Positions 1-8,903 of a stretch of DNA of 64,000 bases are shown piece by piece (the first letter of the stretch is position 1; each line of letters opens with the position of its first letter). The notes beneath the pieces are model-generated. The model made no database searches, had not been told where the DNA came from, and saw nothing but the letters and a program-made list of their open reading frames with translations. The translations under genes were made by a program, and so were the position numbers. This DNA comes from an uncultured Gammaproteobacteria bacterium (GTDB taxonomy: Bacteria > Pseudomonadota > Gammaproteobacteria > GCA-001735895): positions 7,766-71,765 of the forward strand of contig CAJXUC010000007.1 of assembly GCA_913061315.1 (NCBI GenBank). Direction: 5' to 3'.

Positions 1-192
1 CCAAAATTCAAGATGCCTTACAAAAAGTTCCGCGACAAACGTTAATTGCTAATTCAATGCATTAGCATGGATAATGTATTCGGCTTGTATTACTATATTA
101 ATGTCTTTTTTAGCTTTTGTCGTTTCAGTCCATGAAGTATCGATGGCATTTATAAATATAAAATTAAATATCAACTAAATTGAGCGATCATT

Positions 193-1128
193 TTGGCTAT
201 ACAATTGCAGTCTTTGGATTCTTTGCGTTACTTTGAGTCAGTGGCACGCCATCTCAGCTTCACTGAAGCAGCTAAAGAATTATGCCTAACACAAAGCGCC
301 GTGAGCCAAAAAATAATTCAATTAGAAACGCGTTTAGGGTACCCGTTATTTGAACGTAAAATACGCCAAATTAATCTGACCAATAGGGGTGAAGTGCTAT
401 TTAGAAGCGTACACAATTCGTTGTCTCAAATTAGGAGCACCTTAAGTGAACTCAACGTAAGCGCACCAACCTCCGAGTTAAATATTTATTGCATGCCCTC
501 TTTTGCTAATCGTTGGTTAACACCAAGATTAAATAGCTTTCAAGATTCTTTTCCCAATATAAACATTAATTTATTAGCCGTAAATCCTGAGCCTGATTTC
601 ACTAAAGAGCAGATTGATATCGGCATCTTTCATGGCTTAAGTGACAGTCAATCTTCGCTGCAACAAACGTTATTGATTCAAGATTATGTCTACCCCGTGG
701 CTAGCCCTGAACTAGTCAAAAGAATTAAGCTTGATAATATTTACGACTTAAAAAATACAAATTTAATTCATGACTCGCTGCCCAATGCCAAACTCGCCTC
801 TTCATGGCAAAAATGGTTATTCGAAAGAAACGTCCACATAGATGAAGTTAATTACAATAAAGGTTATAAGTTTAATCAGGCCGATCTCATTATAAGAGCA
901 GCTATTGACGGTCAGGGAATTGCATTAACTCACCATGTACTGGTGGCTAAAGATATTGAAAATGGACGTTTAGTTCGAGTGCTTGATGGTATAAGCCCTT
1001 GTGAAGAAGTTAATATTGTTTGCTTTAAAGATTTGCTAAAACACCCTCCAATTAAAATTTTTTACGACTGGATTTTGAACCAAGCAACAGCATTTGAAGA
1101 AGAATATGGTCTAGAAAAAATTATTTAA
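193..1128 (+). CDS. LysR-family transcriptional regulator
   Basis: N-terminal wHTH (LRYFESVARHLSFTEAAKELCLTQSAVSQKIIQLE) followed by a LysR substrate-binding domain; 311 aa. Confidence 0.8.
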   Translation: MAIQLQSLDSLRYFESVARHLSFTEAAKELCLTQSAVSQKIIQLETRLGYPLFERKIRQINLTNRGEVLFRSVHNSLSQIRSTLSELNVSAPTSELNIYCMPSFANRWLTPRLNSFQDSFPNININLLAVNPEPDFTKEQIDIGIFHGLSDSQSSLQQTLLIQDYVYPVASPELVKRIKLDNIYDLKNTNLIHDSLPNAKLASSWQKWLFERNVHIDEVNYNKGYKFNQADLIIRAAIDGQGIALTHHVLVAKDIENGRLVRVLDGISPCEEVNIVCFKDLLKHPPIKIFYDWILNQATAFEEEYGLEKII

Positions 1129-1187
1129 ACCCAGCCAATAACTTAAATTTTAGCGCCCCTTCAACCTAATATAGTGTAAATACCTCT

Positions 1188-2132
1188 TCAAGCAGACTTT
1201 CTTTTGCTCAACGACTTTGCGGCTACGCATAAAATTTCAAACATCATTGTTGCCCCAGTCAAAGCGGTATTACCCGTAGGATCAAAAGGGGGCGCAACTT
1301 CTACAACATCTCCACCAACAATGTTGAGACCATCTAAACCTCGAATCATCTGTTGGGCCTCAAACGTAGTAAAACCTCCTATTTCAGGCGTGCCGGTGCC
1401 TGGTGCATAGACTGGATCTAAACCATCCACGTCAAACGTTATGTAGGCTGGAGTATCACCCACCAGTTGATGGATTTCTTCAATTACTTTCTTGATTCCA
1501 AGTTCATAAAGTTCTTCGATGTGTATTACTCGCATACCACTATCGTAACTAAAGCGCCAAATATCTCGATCAGTAACACTGCCTCTGATTCCAATCTGGA
1601 TGGTTTTTTTGGGATCAATGAGCCCCTCTTCAGCAGCAATTTTAAAAGGTGATCCGTGATGAAACTTTGACCCTAAGTAATCGTCACCAGTATCACAATG
1701 AGCATCGAAATGTACTAACGCTACTGGCGCATCTTTGGCTAAGGCTCGTAATACAGGCAACGTCACAGAATGATCGCCCCCTGCTGATATTGGCATCACA
1801 TGATGCTTCACTATATTGTGATAAAAGTCTTCTATTGCTTTGTGGCTTTTCACTAGTTCAAAAGGGTTATCTGGAAGTGCATCTCCTACATCTGCTACGC
1901 TGCACAAATCGAAAGGGGCTATGCCGGTACTTTGATTAATAGTACGCATTAAGCTGGATTGGTTTCGCATTTCACGAGGCCCATGCCTCGCTCCTGTGCG
2001 ATTTGTAACGCCACCATCAAACGGGATACCTATTAAGGCTATATCAAGATCAGTGAGATCTTCTTGGTAGGGACATCTCATAAAGGTAGGTATACCAGCA
2101 TATCGGGGCAGTAATTGTGGATTCTTTTTCAT
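1188..2132 (-). CDS. Ureohydrolase of the arginase/agmatinase family (agmatinase or guanidino-acid hydrolase)
   Basis: Mn-binding motifs DAHCDTGDDY, GGDHSVT and SFDVDGLDP; 314 aa. Substrate cannot be distinguished (agmatine, guanidinobutyrate or guanidinopropionate). Confidence 0.8.
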   Translation of the reverse strand: MKKNPQLLPRYAGIPTFMRCPYQEDLTDLDIALIGIPFDGGVTNRTGARHGPREMRNQSSLMRTINQSTGIAPFDLCSVADVGDALPDNPFELVKSHKAIEDFYHNIVKHHVMPISAGGDHSVTLPVLRALAKDAPVALVHFDAHCDTGDDYLGSKFHHGSPFKIAAEEGLIDPKKTIQIGIRGSVTDRDIWRFSYDSGMRVIHIEELYELGIKKVIEEIHQLVGDTPAYITFDVDGLDPVYAPGTGTPEIGGFTTFEAQQMIRGLDGLNIVGGDVVEVAPPFDPTGNTALTGATMMFEILCVAAKSLSKRKSA

Positions 2133-2399
2133 AACCTTATTTCAAGTTCATAGTAAATATTTAAATTTGATGCCTAACAGTAATCCTCTCACATTGGCTT
2201 AAATTAGTTCTATCGACAAATCGTATTTACTAATTCAATGTATTAATAATTCTAATGTATTCAGTATTAAAATCTTAGCTTTTAATCCTTAACGACTTTT
2301 TAGTAGGCGCTTTTAATCCCTAATTTTCGTAAAATTTTCTATAACAGCCGCTTGATAAAAGGGTCCCTTTTATATATCAGCAAATGCTGTCCTTACCGC

Positions 2400-3257
2400 T
2401 CATAACATTCGATCCATTGCGACCTCTCGCAATCCTTTTAAAGCAACTGCAAGAGATGAAGGGTCACGAGCGGCTGACGCATAGACCATATAAGCTGGGC
2501 GTTGCAAGCTGGGCGAGTCATTAACAGTGAATAATTTCTTATCTTCAATTAAAGAGTTTACGACTCGAACTGGGAAGTACCCCGCACCACCATTTTGCAG
2601 AATATACTCAAGTCCTAGCGCACCAAGACCAACCGATATTGCAGGGGTTTCTAAATCAGGAAAGGCAGCGCTGTGGCGTGCTCGAAAAACGTCCCCCCAA
2701 TCGACAAAGACATAGTGCTCTATCCAGCCACTCTTTACTGCTTTTTTGTCCGTTGTTACCAGTATCAGTGTTTCTTCAAATAAGTCTTCAATTATAAGAC
2801 CCGAGGTTTGCCTAGGTTGGTACATCACACCAATATCGAGTAAACCATCTGATACCTGACGCATCAGACTGGGTGAGTAATCCGCCTCAACATGTAACGC
2901 TATTTCAGATGCATTTCGGCGCATCCAAGGCATCCATTGCAGTATGAGGCTGTCCCACAAACTCACTTGAGATCCGAGCCCAATTGTATGATTGAAACTC
3001 TCAGGTAAAGCAATTCGTTGCTTTGCTTGCTGCCATTGACGTTGGATATTGTGGGCATATTGCAGAAAGTGCTGACCCGCTGAAGTTAACTCGACGCCAG
3101 CATGCCCTCGCTTAAATAGTATGCGACCAAACCGATCTTCCATTGATTTAATGCGCGCGCTAACAGTCGACTGCGTAACGTTCAGATGCTCGGCGGCTCG
3201 ATTAAAATTACCGCACTCAGCAATCTCAAGAAAAGTACTAATATATTCGATTTTCAT
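2400..3257 (-). CDS. LysR-family transcriptional regulator
   Basis: N-terminal HTH (FNRAAEHLNVTQSTVSARIKSMEDRFG); 285 aa; co-directional and upstream of the ureohydrolase. Confidence 0.8.
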   Translation of the reverse strand: MKIEYISTFLEIAECGNFNRAAEHLNVTQSTVSARIKSMEDRFGRILFKRGHAGVELTSAGQHFLQYAHNIQRQWQQAKQRIALPESFNHTIGLGSQVSLWDSLILQWMPWMRRNASEIALHVEADYSPSLMRQVSDGLLDIGVMYQPRQTSGLIIEDLFEETLILVTTDKKAVKSGWIEHYVFVDWGDVFRARHSAAFPDLETPAISVGLGALGLEYILQNGGAGYFPVRVVNSLIEDKKLFTVNDSPSLQRPAYMVYASAARDPSSLAVALKGLREVAMDRML

Positions 3258-3512
3258 TCAGGTCAAATCTATCTTAGTGGCATCAAAATTCCCGATTGAA
3301 TAGTACCTAAAAACTCGTTTTTCAAGTAGATAAAATTAACTAAGTATAGCTAAATTGTGCAGCATAGAGGATCAAGTCCCGTCGAATTTCAATTATTCAT
3401 TTAAGATAAACTGATATTTAGATATTCTCTTAAATTTATAACAGTGAAGTTAAATCATTATTATAAAACAGCTTTCTACGAAAAAATCTGATACCTATCA
3501 CTATGTATATTC

Positions 3513-4244
3513 TTATCCAACCGCTGAAAACAATGTCTTTAGATCGACCAACTGATTATATTCTGACAAATCAAGTTTATCTTCGATATGTAATAAATGT
3601 TTATCCATTAATAATACAGCACTGTGGGCATCGCCTCTGGCAATAATTTCTATCAATTCATAATGTTCCGAATGTGAACAGTTGGCATAACCAGGTTTTT
3701 CATAACGTGCAATAACCAACGATGTCTGAGGGATGAGCTCTCGGATAAACTTGGTTAACGTTGTATTTTTAGACACCTTTGCTAGCTCAAGATGAAAGTC
3801 ACCAGACAACCGAATACCACTGCTTCGAATGTGATGCTCCACGTTTATCTTTTCTTTACCCACCAGTTTTCGAAGTGCGTCAATCTGTTCCTGATCGATT
3901 ACTTTTACGACTTCACGAATGATTTCAGCCTCGATGATGCGCCGTGCTTGGATGATTTCTTTGGCCTGTTTGACTGTTGGACAAGCGACCGATGCACCCC
4001 GATTGGGTTTAATATCAACGATACAATCCTGTGAAAGCCTCAGTAAAGCACGGCGGACTATTGTTCGGCTCACTTTGAATATTTGTGCCAGCTCCTCTTC
4101 TGTTAATTTGGTACCGGGTAACAAGCGCTGGCTCAAAATCGCATCGAAAATCTGGTTATATATCGCAACATCGTGTGAACTTCGTTCTTTTTTTGGGTTC
4201 GTCAGTATTTCAGGCAACGATTGCTCATTTAATTTTTTGTTCAT
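3513..4244 (-). CDS. GntR-family (FadR/FCD subfamily) transcriptional regulator
   Basis: GntR wHTH (IYNQIFDAILSQRLLPGTKLTEEELAQIFKVSRTIVRRAL) plus an all-helical C-terminal domain; divergent from the purine-catabolism genes. Confidence 0.8.
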   Translation of the reverse strand: MNKKLNEQSLPEILTNPKKERSSHDVAIYNQIFDAILSQRLLPGTKLTEEELAQIFKVSRTIVRRALLRLSQDCIVDIKPNRGASVACPTVKQAKEIIQARRIIEAEIIREVVKVIDQEQIDALRKLVGKEKINVEHHIRSSGIRLSGDFHLELAKVSKNTTLTKFIRELIPQTSLVIARYEKPGYANCSHSEHYELIEIIARGDAHSAVLLMDKHLLHIEDKLDLSEYNQLVDLKTLFSAVG

Positions 4245-4344
4245 TTAGATTTTACGCAAAAGTTTTTAGGTTCGATTCTATTGAAGATTAATGCATATAT
4301 ACAGCAGTAGCTGAAAAACTAATTGTTTACTTTAAATAAAATAA

Positions 4345-4354
4345 TTGTATACAA
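4345..4354. promoter_or_regulatory. Perfect 10-bp palindrome TTGTATACAA, a candidate GntR-family operator, in the GntR/uraD divergent intergenic region
   Basis: The sequence equals its own reverse complement and fits the GntR consensus (t.GT...AC.a). It lies 78 nt upstream of the uraD ATG at 4432. Confidence 0.3.
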
Positions 4355-4431
4355 TAATAAATACAAATTTATGCCTACGGACATTACAACTGAGTTTGAC
4401 AGCTTTGGCCATTAATATTTTGAAATTAGAA

Positions 4432-4959
4432 ATGAATGAATCGATTTCGTTATCACAACTAAACACCATTGAATGCGATGAATTTGTACATTTACTGGCA
4501 GGTACTTTTGAGCACTCCTCTTGGATACCCCGCTGTGCCTTCAAGCTGCGTCCATTTGAATCGTTTTCTGATCTACATTCAAAAATGGTCGCTGTTATTA
4601 AAGGCTCAACTGAAGAACAACAGTTAAGCCTCTTGAAAGCTCACCCTGAGCTTGCAGGCAAGGAAGCAAGAGATGGCGTTTTAACAGCATCGTCTACTAG
4701 GGAACAATCTCATGTGGGGATGAATGACTTGAGCCATGATGAATTGCTTTATGTGGCCCAACTAAATGCGCAATATTTTGAAAAATTTAAATTTCCTTTC
4801 ATTATTGCTGTGCTCGATAACACCAAGAAAGACATTTTCAGAAAATGGAATCAGCGCTTATCTAATAATTACGAGCACGAATTGAAAATCTGTTTAGAGC
4901 AGGTTTATCTAATTGGTGAATTAAGGTTAGCCGCTTTAAACAACGAAAAAAAGAACTAA
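4432..4959 (+). CDS. uraD: OHCU (2-oxo-4-hydroxy-4-carboxy-5-ureidoimidazoline) decarboxylase
   Basis: Family motifs HPELAGK (HPxxG), REQSHVGM and FKFPFIIAVLDNTKKDI, with a C-terminal LRLAAL helix. The start is moved to the internal ATG because the upstream part of the ORF has no homology and overlaps the operator region. Confidence 0.75.
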   Translation: MNESISLSQLNTIECDEFVHLLAGTFEHSSWIPRCAFKLRPFESFSDLHSKMVAVIKGSTEEQQLSLLKAHPELAGKEARDGVLTASSTREQSHVGMNDLSHDELLYVAQLNAQYFEKFKFPFIIAVLDNTKKDIFRKWNQRLSNNYEHELKICLEQVYLIGELRLAALNNEKKN

Positions 4960-4967
4960 TATTCCAA

Positions 4968-5342
4968 ATGTCTATGCCAAAATTATTAACACACGTATTG
5001 GACATCTCTAAAGGACAGCCTGCCGCTGATGTCAAAATTGTATTGTTCGCCCTTGAGCCAGCAGGATCCAGATTAATGACACCTATCGCTCCTTATGCTA
5101 ATGGCCGTACTGACGAGTTATTGCTCAATTACGATAAGATTCAACCCGGGGATTATTAAATTTTGTATCATATTGGTGACTATTCAGTTGGTTCAAATTC
5201 TGCAAATTGCAAGCTATATACCCACAGCAAACTTTTGTGTAATTTAGTACTTATACTATTTACTACCCAAACTGCAGGTGAAAATTTTCTTGTTCCTTTA
5301 TTGGTAACACCTTGGTCTTACTCAACCTGTCAGGATTGTTAA
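4968..5342 (+). pseudogene. uraH: 5-hydroxyisourate hydrolase (transthyretin-like) gene interrupted by an in-frame TAA at 5157-5159, with degenerate catalytic residues
   Basis: The N-terminal 63 aa (LLTHVLDISKGQPAADVKIVL...NGRTDELLL) is HIUase-like. After the TAA the same frame continues for 60 codons with clear HIUase similarity (NFLVPLLVTPWSYSTCQDC versus the consensus HYHVPLLLSPFGYSTYRGS). The conserved His and the diagnostic C-terminal YRGS are lost. Confidence 0.7.
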
Positions 5343-5538
5343 GTAATGTAACGATTTATTCTTGAGTGGTTAAACCTGTTCGGTCGATGGGTGCATATTA
5401 TTACGGGTATCGCATGGAAACGCGCCTCCTTATAAATCGGGTATTGCCCAAAGATCTTAAACAGGAACTGATCCGTCTTATTCCTAGTGGGTTGGAAGGT
5501 AAGCGACAGGAAAGTGGCAAGAATCAAAACTAAAAAAT

Positions 5539-5568
5539 AAACCCCGCATTAAATCTTTGGGGTTTTTA
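5539..5568 (+). terminator. Rho-independent terminator-like hairpin (aaacccc-N13-ggggttt followed by a T-run)
   Basis: 7-bp GC-containing stem followed by TTTTT, downstream of the uraH remnant and upstream of alc. Confidence 0.5.
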
Positions 5569-5680
5569 CGGTCTGTTACGACATTTAAAGCCCGTTCTAT
5601 TTTAAAGTGAGAAATTAACTAGTTTAAATCGCAGCAACTATCAATTTTATAAAAAAATTAAACATCAACCGAGAAAAATT

Positions 5681-6688
5681 ATGGCTACTGAACAAGACTC
5701 CAATCGTTTTTCAACACAATATGTTAATTTGGCCCATACTCGGCTTGGAGCCAAAGCTGTATTTTCGACAGACGATTTTTTCGCACCCGCTGAACGCATT
5801 TTACGAACTGAACCTGCTATTTTTATTCCTGGTAAATTTGATAATAATGGCAAATGGATGGATGGTTGGGAGTCTCGTCGTAAGCGTGAAGAAGGTTACG
5901 ATTACTGCATCGTAAAACTAGGTAGGGCTGGTGTTATTCTTGGAGTTGATATAGATACAAGTCATTTCAACGGCAACCAGCCGCCTGCTGCATCAATTGA
6001 TGGCTGTGTTTCAAATAAAGATATACCCGATGATTTAGTCGAATGGACTAATATTTTAACATCAGTTAACTTGCAGGCAGACTCTCATCATTTACATGAT
6101 ATTTTGGATTCTGGTGTCTATAGCCATATTCGTCTTAACATATTTCCCGATGGTGGGATTGCTCGATTACGGGTATATGGTAGCCCCCAGTGTCATTGGG
6201 ATGCCATAGGCAACGATGAATTAGTAGACCTCGCTGCTTTAGAAAATGGTGGCCGTTCAATGGCCTGTAGTAATCAGGCTTTTGGGTCAAATATGATGAG
6301 CCTTGGTCTACCAGGCCGTGGCATTAATATGGGCGATGGTTGGGAAACTGCGCGCCGCCGTGAACCCGGTAATGAATGGGTAGTGATTGAGTTAGGTCAT
6401 TCCGGAACGATTAAGGCAATCGAACTGGATACGGCTCATTACAAAGGCAATTATCCTGATCGAGCGTCAATCCAGGCAGGTTATATGAGCGGTGGGACAG
6501 TCGACTCGATGGTGACTCAAAGTATGTTTTGGCGTGATTTATTGCCTGAGCAAAAACTCGAAATGGATGCCGTGCTTCGGTTTGAATCTGAGTTGAAAGA
6601 GATTGGTCCTATCACACATGTGCGCGTCAATATTATTCCTGATGGTGGATTAAGTCGCGTTCGATTGTATGGACAGATCGAGAAATAG
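5681..6688 (+). CDS. alc: Allantoicase
   Basis: Two allantoicase repeats (DGWESRRKR and DGWETARRREPG; FPDGGIARLRVYG and IPDGGLSRVRLYG); 335 aa. Confidence 0.85.
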   Translation: MATEQDSNRFSTQYVNLAHTRLGAKAVFSTDDFFAPAERILRTEPAIFIPGKFDNNGKWMDGWESRRKREEGYDYCIVKLGRAGVILGVDIDTSHFNGNQPPAASIDGCVSNKDIPDDLVEWTNILTSVNLQADSHHLHDILDSGVYSHIRLNIFPDGGIARLRVYGSPQCHWDAIGNDELVDLAALENGGRSMACSNQAFGSNMMSLGLPGRGINMGDGWETARRREPGNEWVVIELGHSGTIKAIELDTAHYKGNYPDRASIQAGYMSGGTVDSMVTQSMFWRDLLPEQKLEMDAVLRFESELKEIGPITHVRVNIIPDGGLSRVRLYGQIEK

Positions 6689-6718
6689 GCCGATCGAACC
6701 ATTACCGGAGACCAACTA

Positions 6719-7264
6719 ATGACTGAATCTATTCATATCAAAGAAATAGTAATCGAACCTTTAACACGGGCCAATTTTGCTGATTTTGGTGACGTTATTG
6801 AAACTGAAAGTGCTAAACACTTCCCGATAAATGACGGTCGGGTAGAAAGGTATCACGATTTAGCGTCAGTCCAACTGGGTGGTGAGAACAGTCGCGCCCT
6901 GATTAATATTTTTGAATGTAATGTGGCTAATCAGTTTCCGTATCAGCTACCGCTGGTCGAACGACATCCTATCGGTAGTCAGGCTTTCATTCCGCTGACA
7001 CCGATAAAATTTGTCGTAGTGGTTGGAAAAGCTGGCGATCATCCGCAACCTGAAGACTTGCGTGCATTTGAATCAAACGGATATCAAGGTATTAATTATC
7101 ATCAGGGCGTGTGGCACATGCCTTTGGTGGCAGATGAAACAGGCTTACGCTTTTTAGTCGTTGATCGCGGCGGTGACGGCGACAACTGTGACGAAGAAGG
7201 CTACCCCGATGATCAACGAATTATGATTGTTCGCCAGCCTAACCAAGTTAACCAATCTGTTTAA
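6719..7264 (+). CDS. allA: Ureidoglycolate lyase (ureidoglycolate hydrolase family, cupin)
   Basis: AllA-like N-terminus (LTRANFADFGDVIE) and size (181 aa); sits in the allantoin catabolic context with a good RBS. Confidence 0.7.
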   Translation: MTESIHIKEIVIEPLTRANFADFGDVIETESAKHFPINDGRVERYHDLASVQLGGENSRALINIFECNVANQFPYQLPLVERHPIGSQAFIPLTPIKFVVVVGKAGDHPQPEDLRAFESNGYQGINYHQGVWHMPLVADETGLRFLVVDRGGDGDNCDEEGYPDDQRIMIVRQPNQVNQSV

Positions 7265-8199
7265 TGACTAGCCTTCAAATAGAAGAAGACAATATGCAAT
7301 CAGACTATCCACGTGACATGATCGGCTATGGCTCTAAGGCTGTTAATACCCAGTGGCCGGGCAACGCTAAAATAGCGGTGCAATTCGTGATCAATTACGA
7401 AGAAGGTGCTGAAAACTGTATCCTGCATGGCGATAAAGCATCCGAAGCATTCTTATCGGAAATTGTCGGTGCTCCAGCATTGGAGGGTGTTCGTCACATG
7501 AATATGGAATCGATTTATGAGTATGGTAGTCGTCGAGGATTTTGGCGTTTACACAAATTGTTCAGCGATAGAAAACTACCCGTTACCGTATTCGGTGTCG
7601 CTATGGCACTCGCAAGAAACCCAGAAGCAGTTGCTGCCATGAAAGCATCCAATTGGGAAATAGCCAGTCATGGACTGCGCTGGATTGATTACCAGTACAT
7701 TGACATTGAAGTCGAACGTGAACATATGCAGCAAGCTATTAAAATTCACGAGCAGGTAACCGGCAACAAACCTTTGGGTTGGTATACCGGACGCTCCAGC
7801 CCCAATACTCAAAAGCTGGTAATCGAAAATGAAGATTTTCTGTATGATTCTGATAGTTATGCCGATGATTTACCCTACTGGGTAGATGGCAAGCAAAAAC
7901 CCCACCTCGTGATCCCTTACACGTTAGATGTTAATGATATGCGATTTGCCACTAACCAGGGTTTTAATAGTGGAAATCAGTTTTATACCTATTTATGCGA
8001 CACTTTTGACACCTTATATGCTGAAGGCCCAGAAGAGGCAAAAATGATGTCGATTGGTTTACATTGTCGACTGGTCGGTCGTCCCGGTAGAATAGCCAGC
8101 TTAACAAAATTTCTGGATTACATTGAAAAATTCGATGACGTTTGGGTGTGTCGCCGAGATAGTATTGCCCAACACTGGCATAAAAATCATTTGCCTTAA
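7264..8199 (+). CDS. puuE: PuuE-type allantoinase (polysaccharide deacetylase family)
   Basis: SDYPRDMIGYG...WPGNAKIAVQFVINYEEGAEN matches the PuuE N-terminus. The ATG overlaps the allA stop (TAATG), suggesting translational coupling; an alternative start is at 7294. Confidence 0.8.
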   Translation: MTSLQIEEDNMQSDYPRDMIGYGSKAVNTQWPGNAKIAVQFVINYEEGAENCILHGDKASEAFLSEIVGAPALEGVRHMNMESIYEYGSRRGFWRLHKLFSDRKLPVTVFGVAMALARNPEAVAAMKASNWEIASHGLRWIDYQYIDIEVEREHMQQAIKIHEQVTGNKPLGWYTGRSSPNTQKLVIENEDFLYDSDSYADDLPYWVDGKQKPHLVIPYTLDVNDMRFATNQGFNSGNQFYTYLCDTFDTLYAEGPEEAKMMSIGLHCRLVGRPGRIASLTKFLDYIEKFDDVWVCRRDSIAQHWHKNHLP

Positions 8200-8350
8200 C
8201 TCAGTACAAAAGGCCTAACGCGCACCATTAGAAAATTAACTATTTCTTGCGGTTCTTCATAGATCAATGATCATTCCAATGTTACTCCAGCTTTATTTCA
8301 CAACAGTAACAGCTCTCTGACAGAGGAAAGACACGGTTGATTCAATTGCC

Positions 8351-8878
8351 TTAAAATAGACCCAGCTCAATAACGAGATTTTCATTGTCGACTGCAATTG
8401 ATTTTAAGATTGATTGCGCTAATTTGTGTTTTAAATTGTTATCTTTGAGCCTAAAAATTGGCTTTTTAGCGAGGAACTGTTTAGCCACAGACTCTAATAT
8501 TTTCTTTATTTTAGGCAAGGTTTCAGGGAGTAATTTTTTTACATCTAATGAAATAACTTTTAAATTATCAAAATAAAATACACCTGAGTCATTGTCGTAC
8601 CGAAGAGTTCCAGTAAAGGAAACGCGGCCTCTGCCAACAATATTACCCGGCGCTTTGACCGCGACATCGGTCGAAAGACCTAATGCATTAGTTGATTCAA
8701 TTAGATCTACAACCGGGTTAGTTAAGATCGTTGTGACGAAAAACTTCTTTTTTTCTAAGGGCATCATTGCTTCTACCCTTTCTTGAATTTCGGACTCGGA
8801 TAATTCGAGCGTGTAAGAAAAAGCGAGTGCTGAATCACTATTTAATACTAAAAAAATAATTAAAAGCCACTTGTTCAA
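8351..8878 (-). CDS. DUF1439-family (YceB-like) lipoprotein
   Basis: Signal peptide, 175 aa, sequence pattern typical of DUF1439. Confidence 0.55.
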   Translation of the reverse strand: MNKWLLIIFLVLNSDSALAFSYTLELSESEIQERVEAMMPLEKKKFFVTTILTNPVVDLIESTNALGLSTDVAVKAPGNIVGRGRVSFTGTLRYDNDSGVFYFDNLKVISLDVKKLLPETLPKIKKILESVAKQFLAKKPIFRLKDNNLKHKLAQSILKSIAVDNENLVIELGLF

Positions 8879-8903
8879 TAGTTCATCTCCATCAACCTTG
8901 GCA

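Noticed and set aside
1204-1939. Three plus-strand ORFs (68, 61 and 96 aa) inside the ureohydrolase gene
   Set aside because: They lie antisense to a well-supported full-length gene and have low-complexity composition; ORF-caller artefacts. The same reasoning applies to the many other 60-110-aa ORFs nested antisense in betA, the RND pump, hslU, ubiB, znuB/C and others.
4345-4431. TTG-initiated 29-codon N-terminal extension of uraD
   Set aside because: No homology to OHCU decarboxylases. It overlaps the candidate operator palindrome. The ATG at 4432 gives a family-typical N-terminus.
5339-5527. 62-aa minus-strand ORF downstream of the uraH remnant
   Set aside because: It overlaps the uraH pseudogene end and a terminator-containing intergenic region; no RBS and no homology.
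5542-5551. Shared 10-mer CCCCGCATTA in the terminators at 5539-5568 and 11344-11371, as a possible dispersed repeat
   Set aside because: Only two copies, different flanks, and each is simply the GC-rich arm of an ordinary hairpin; most likely coincidence.
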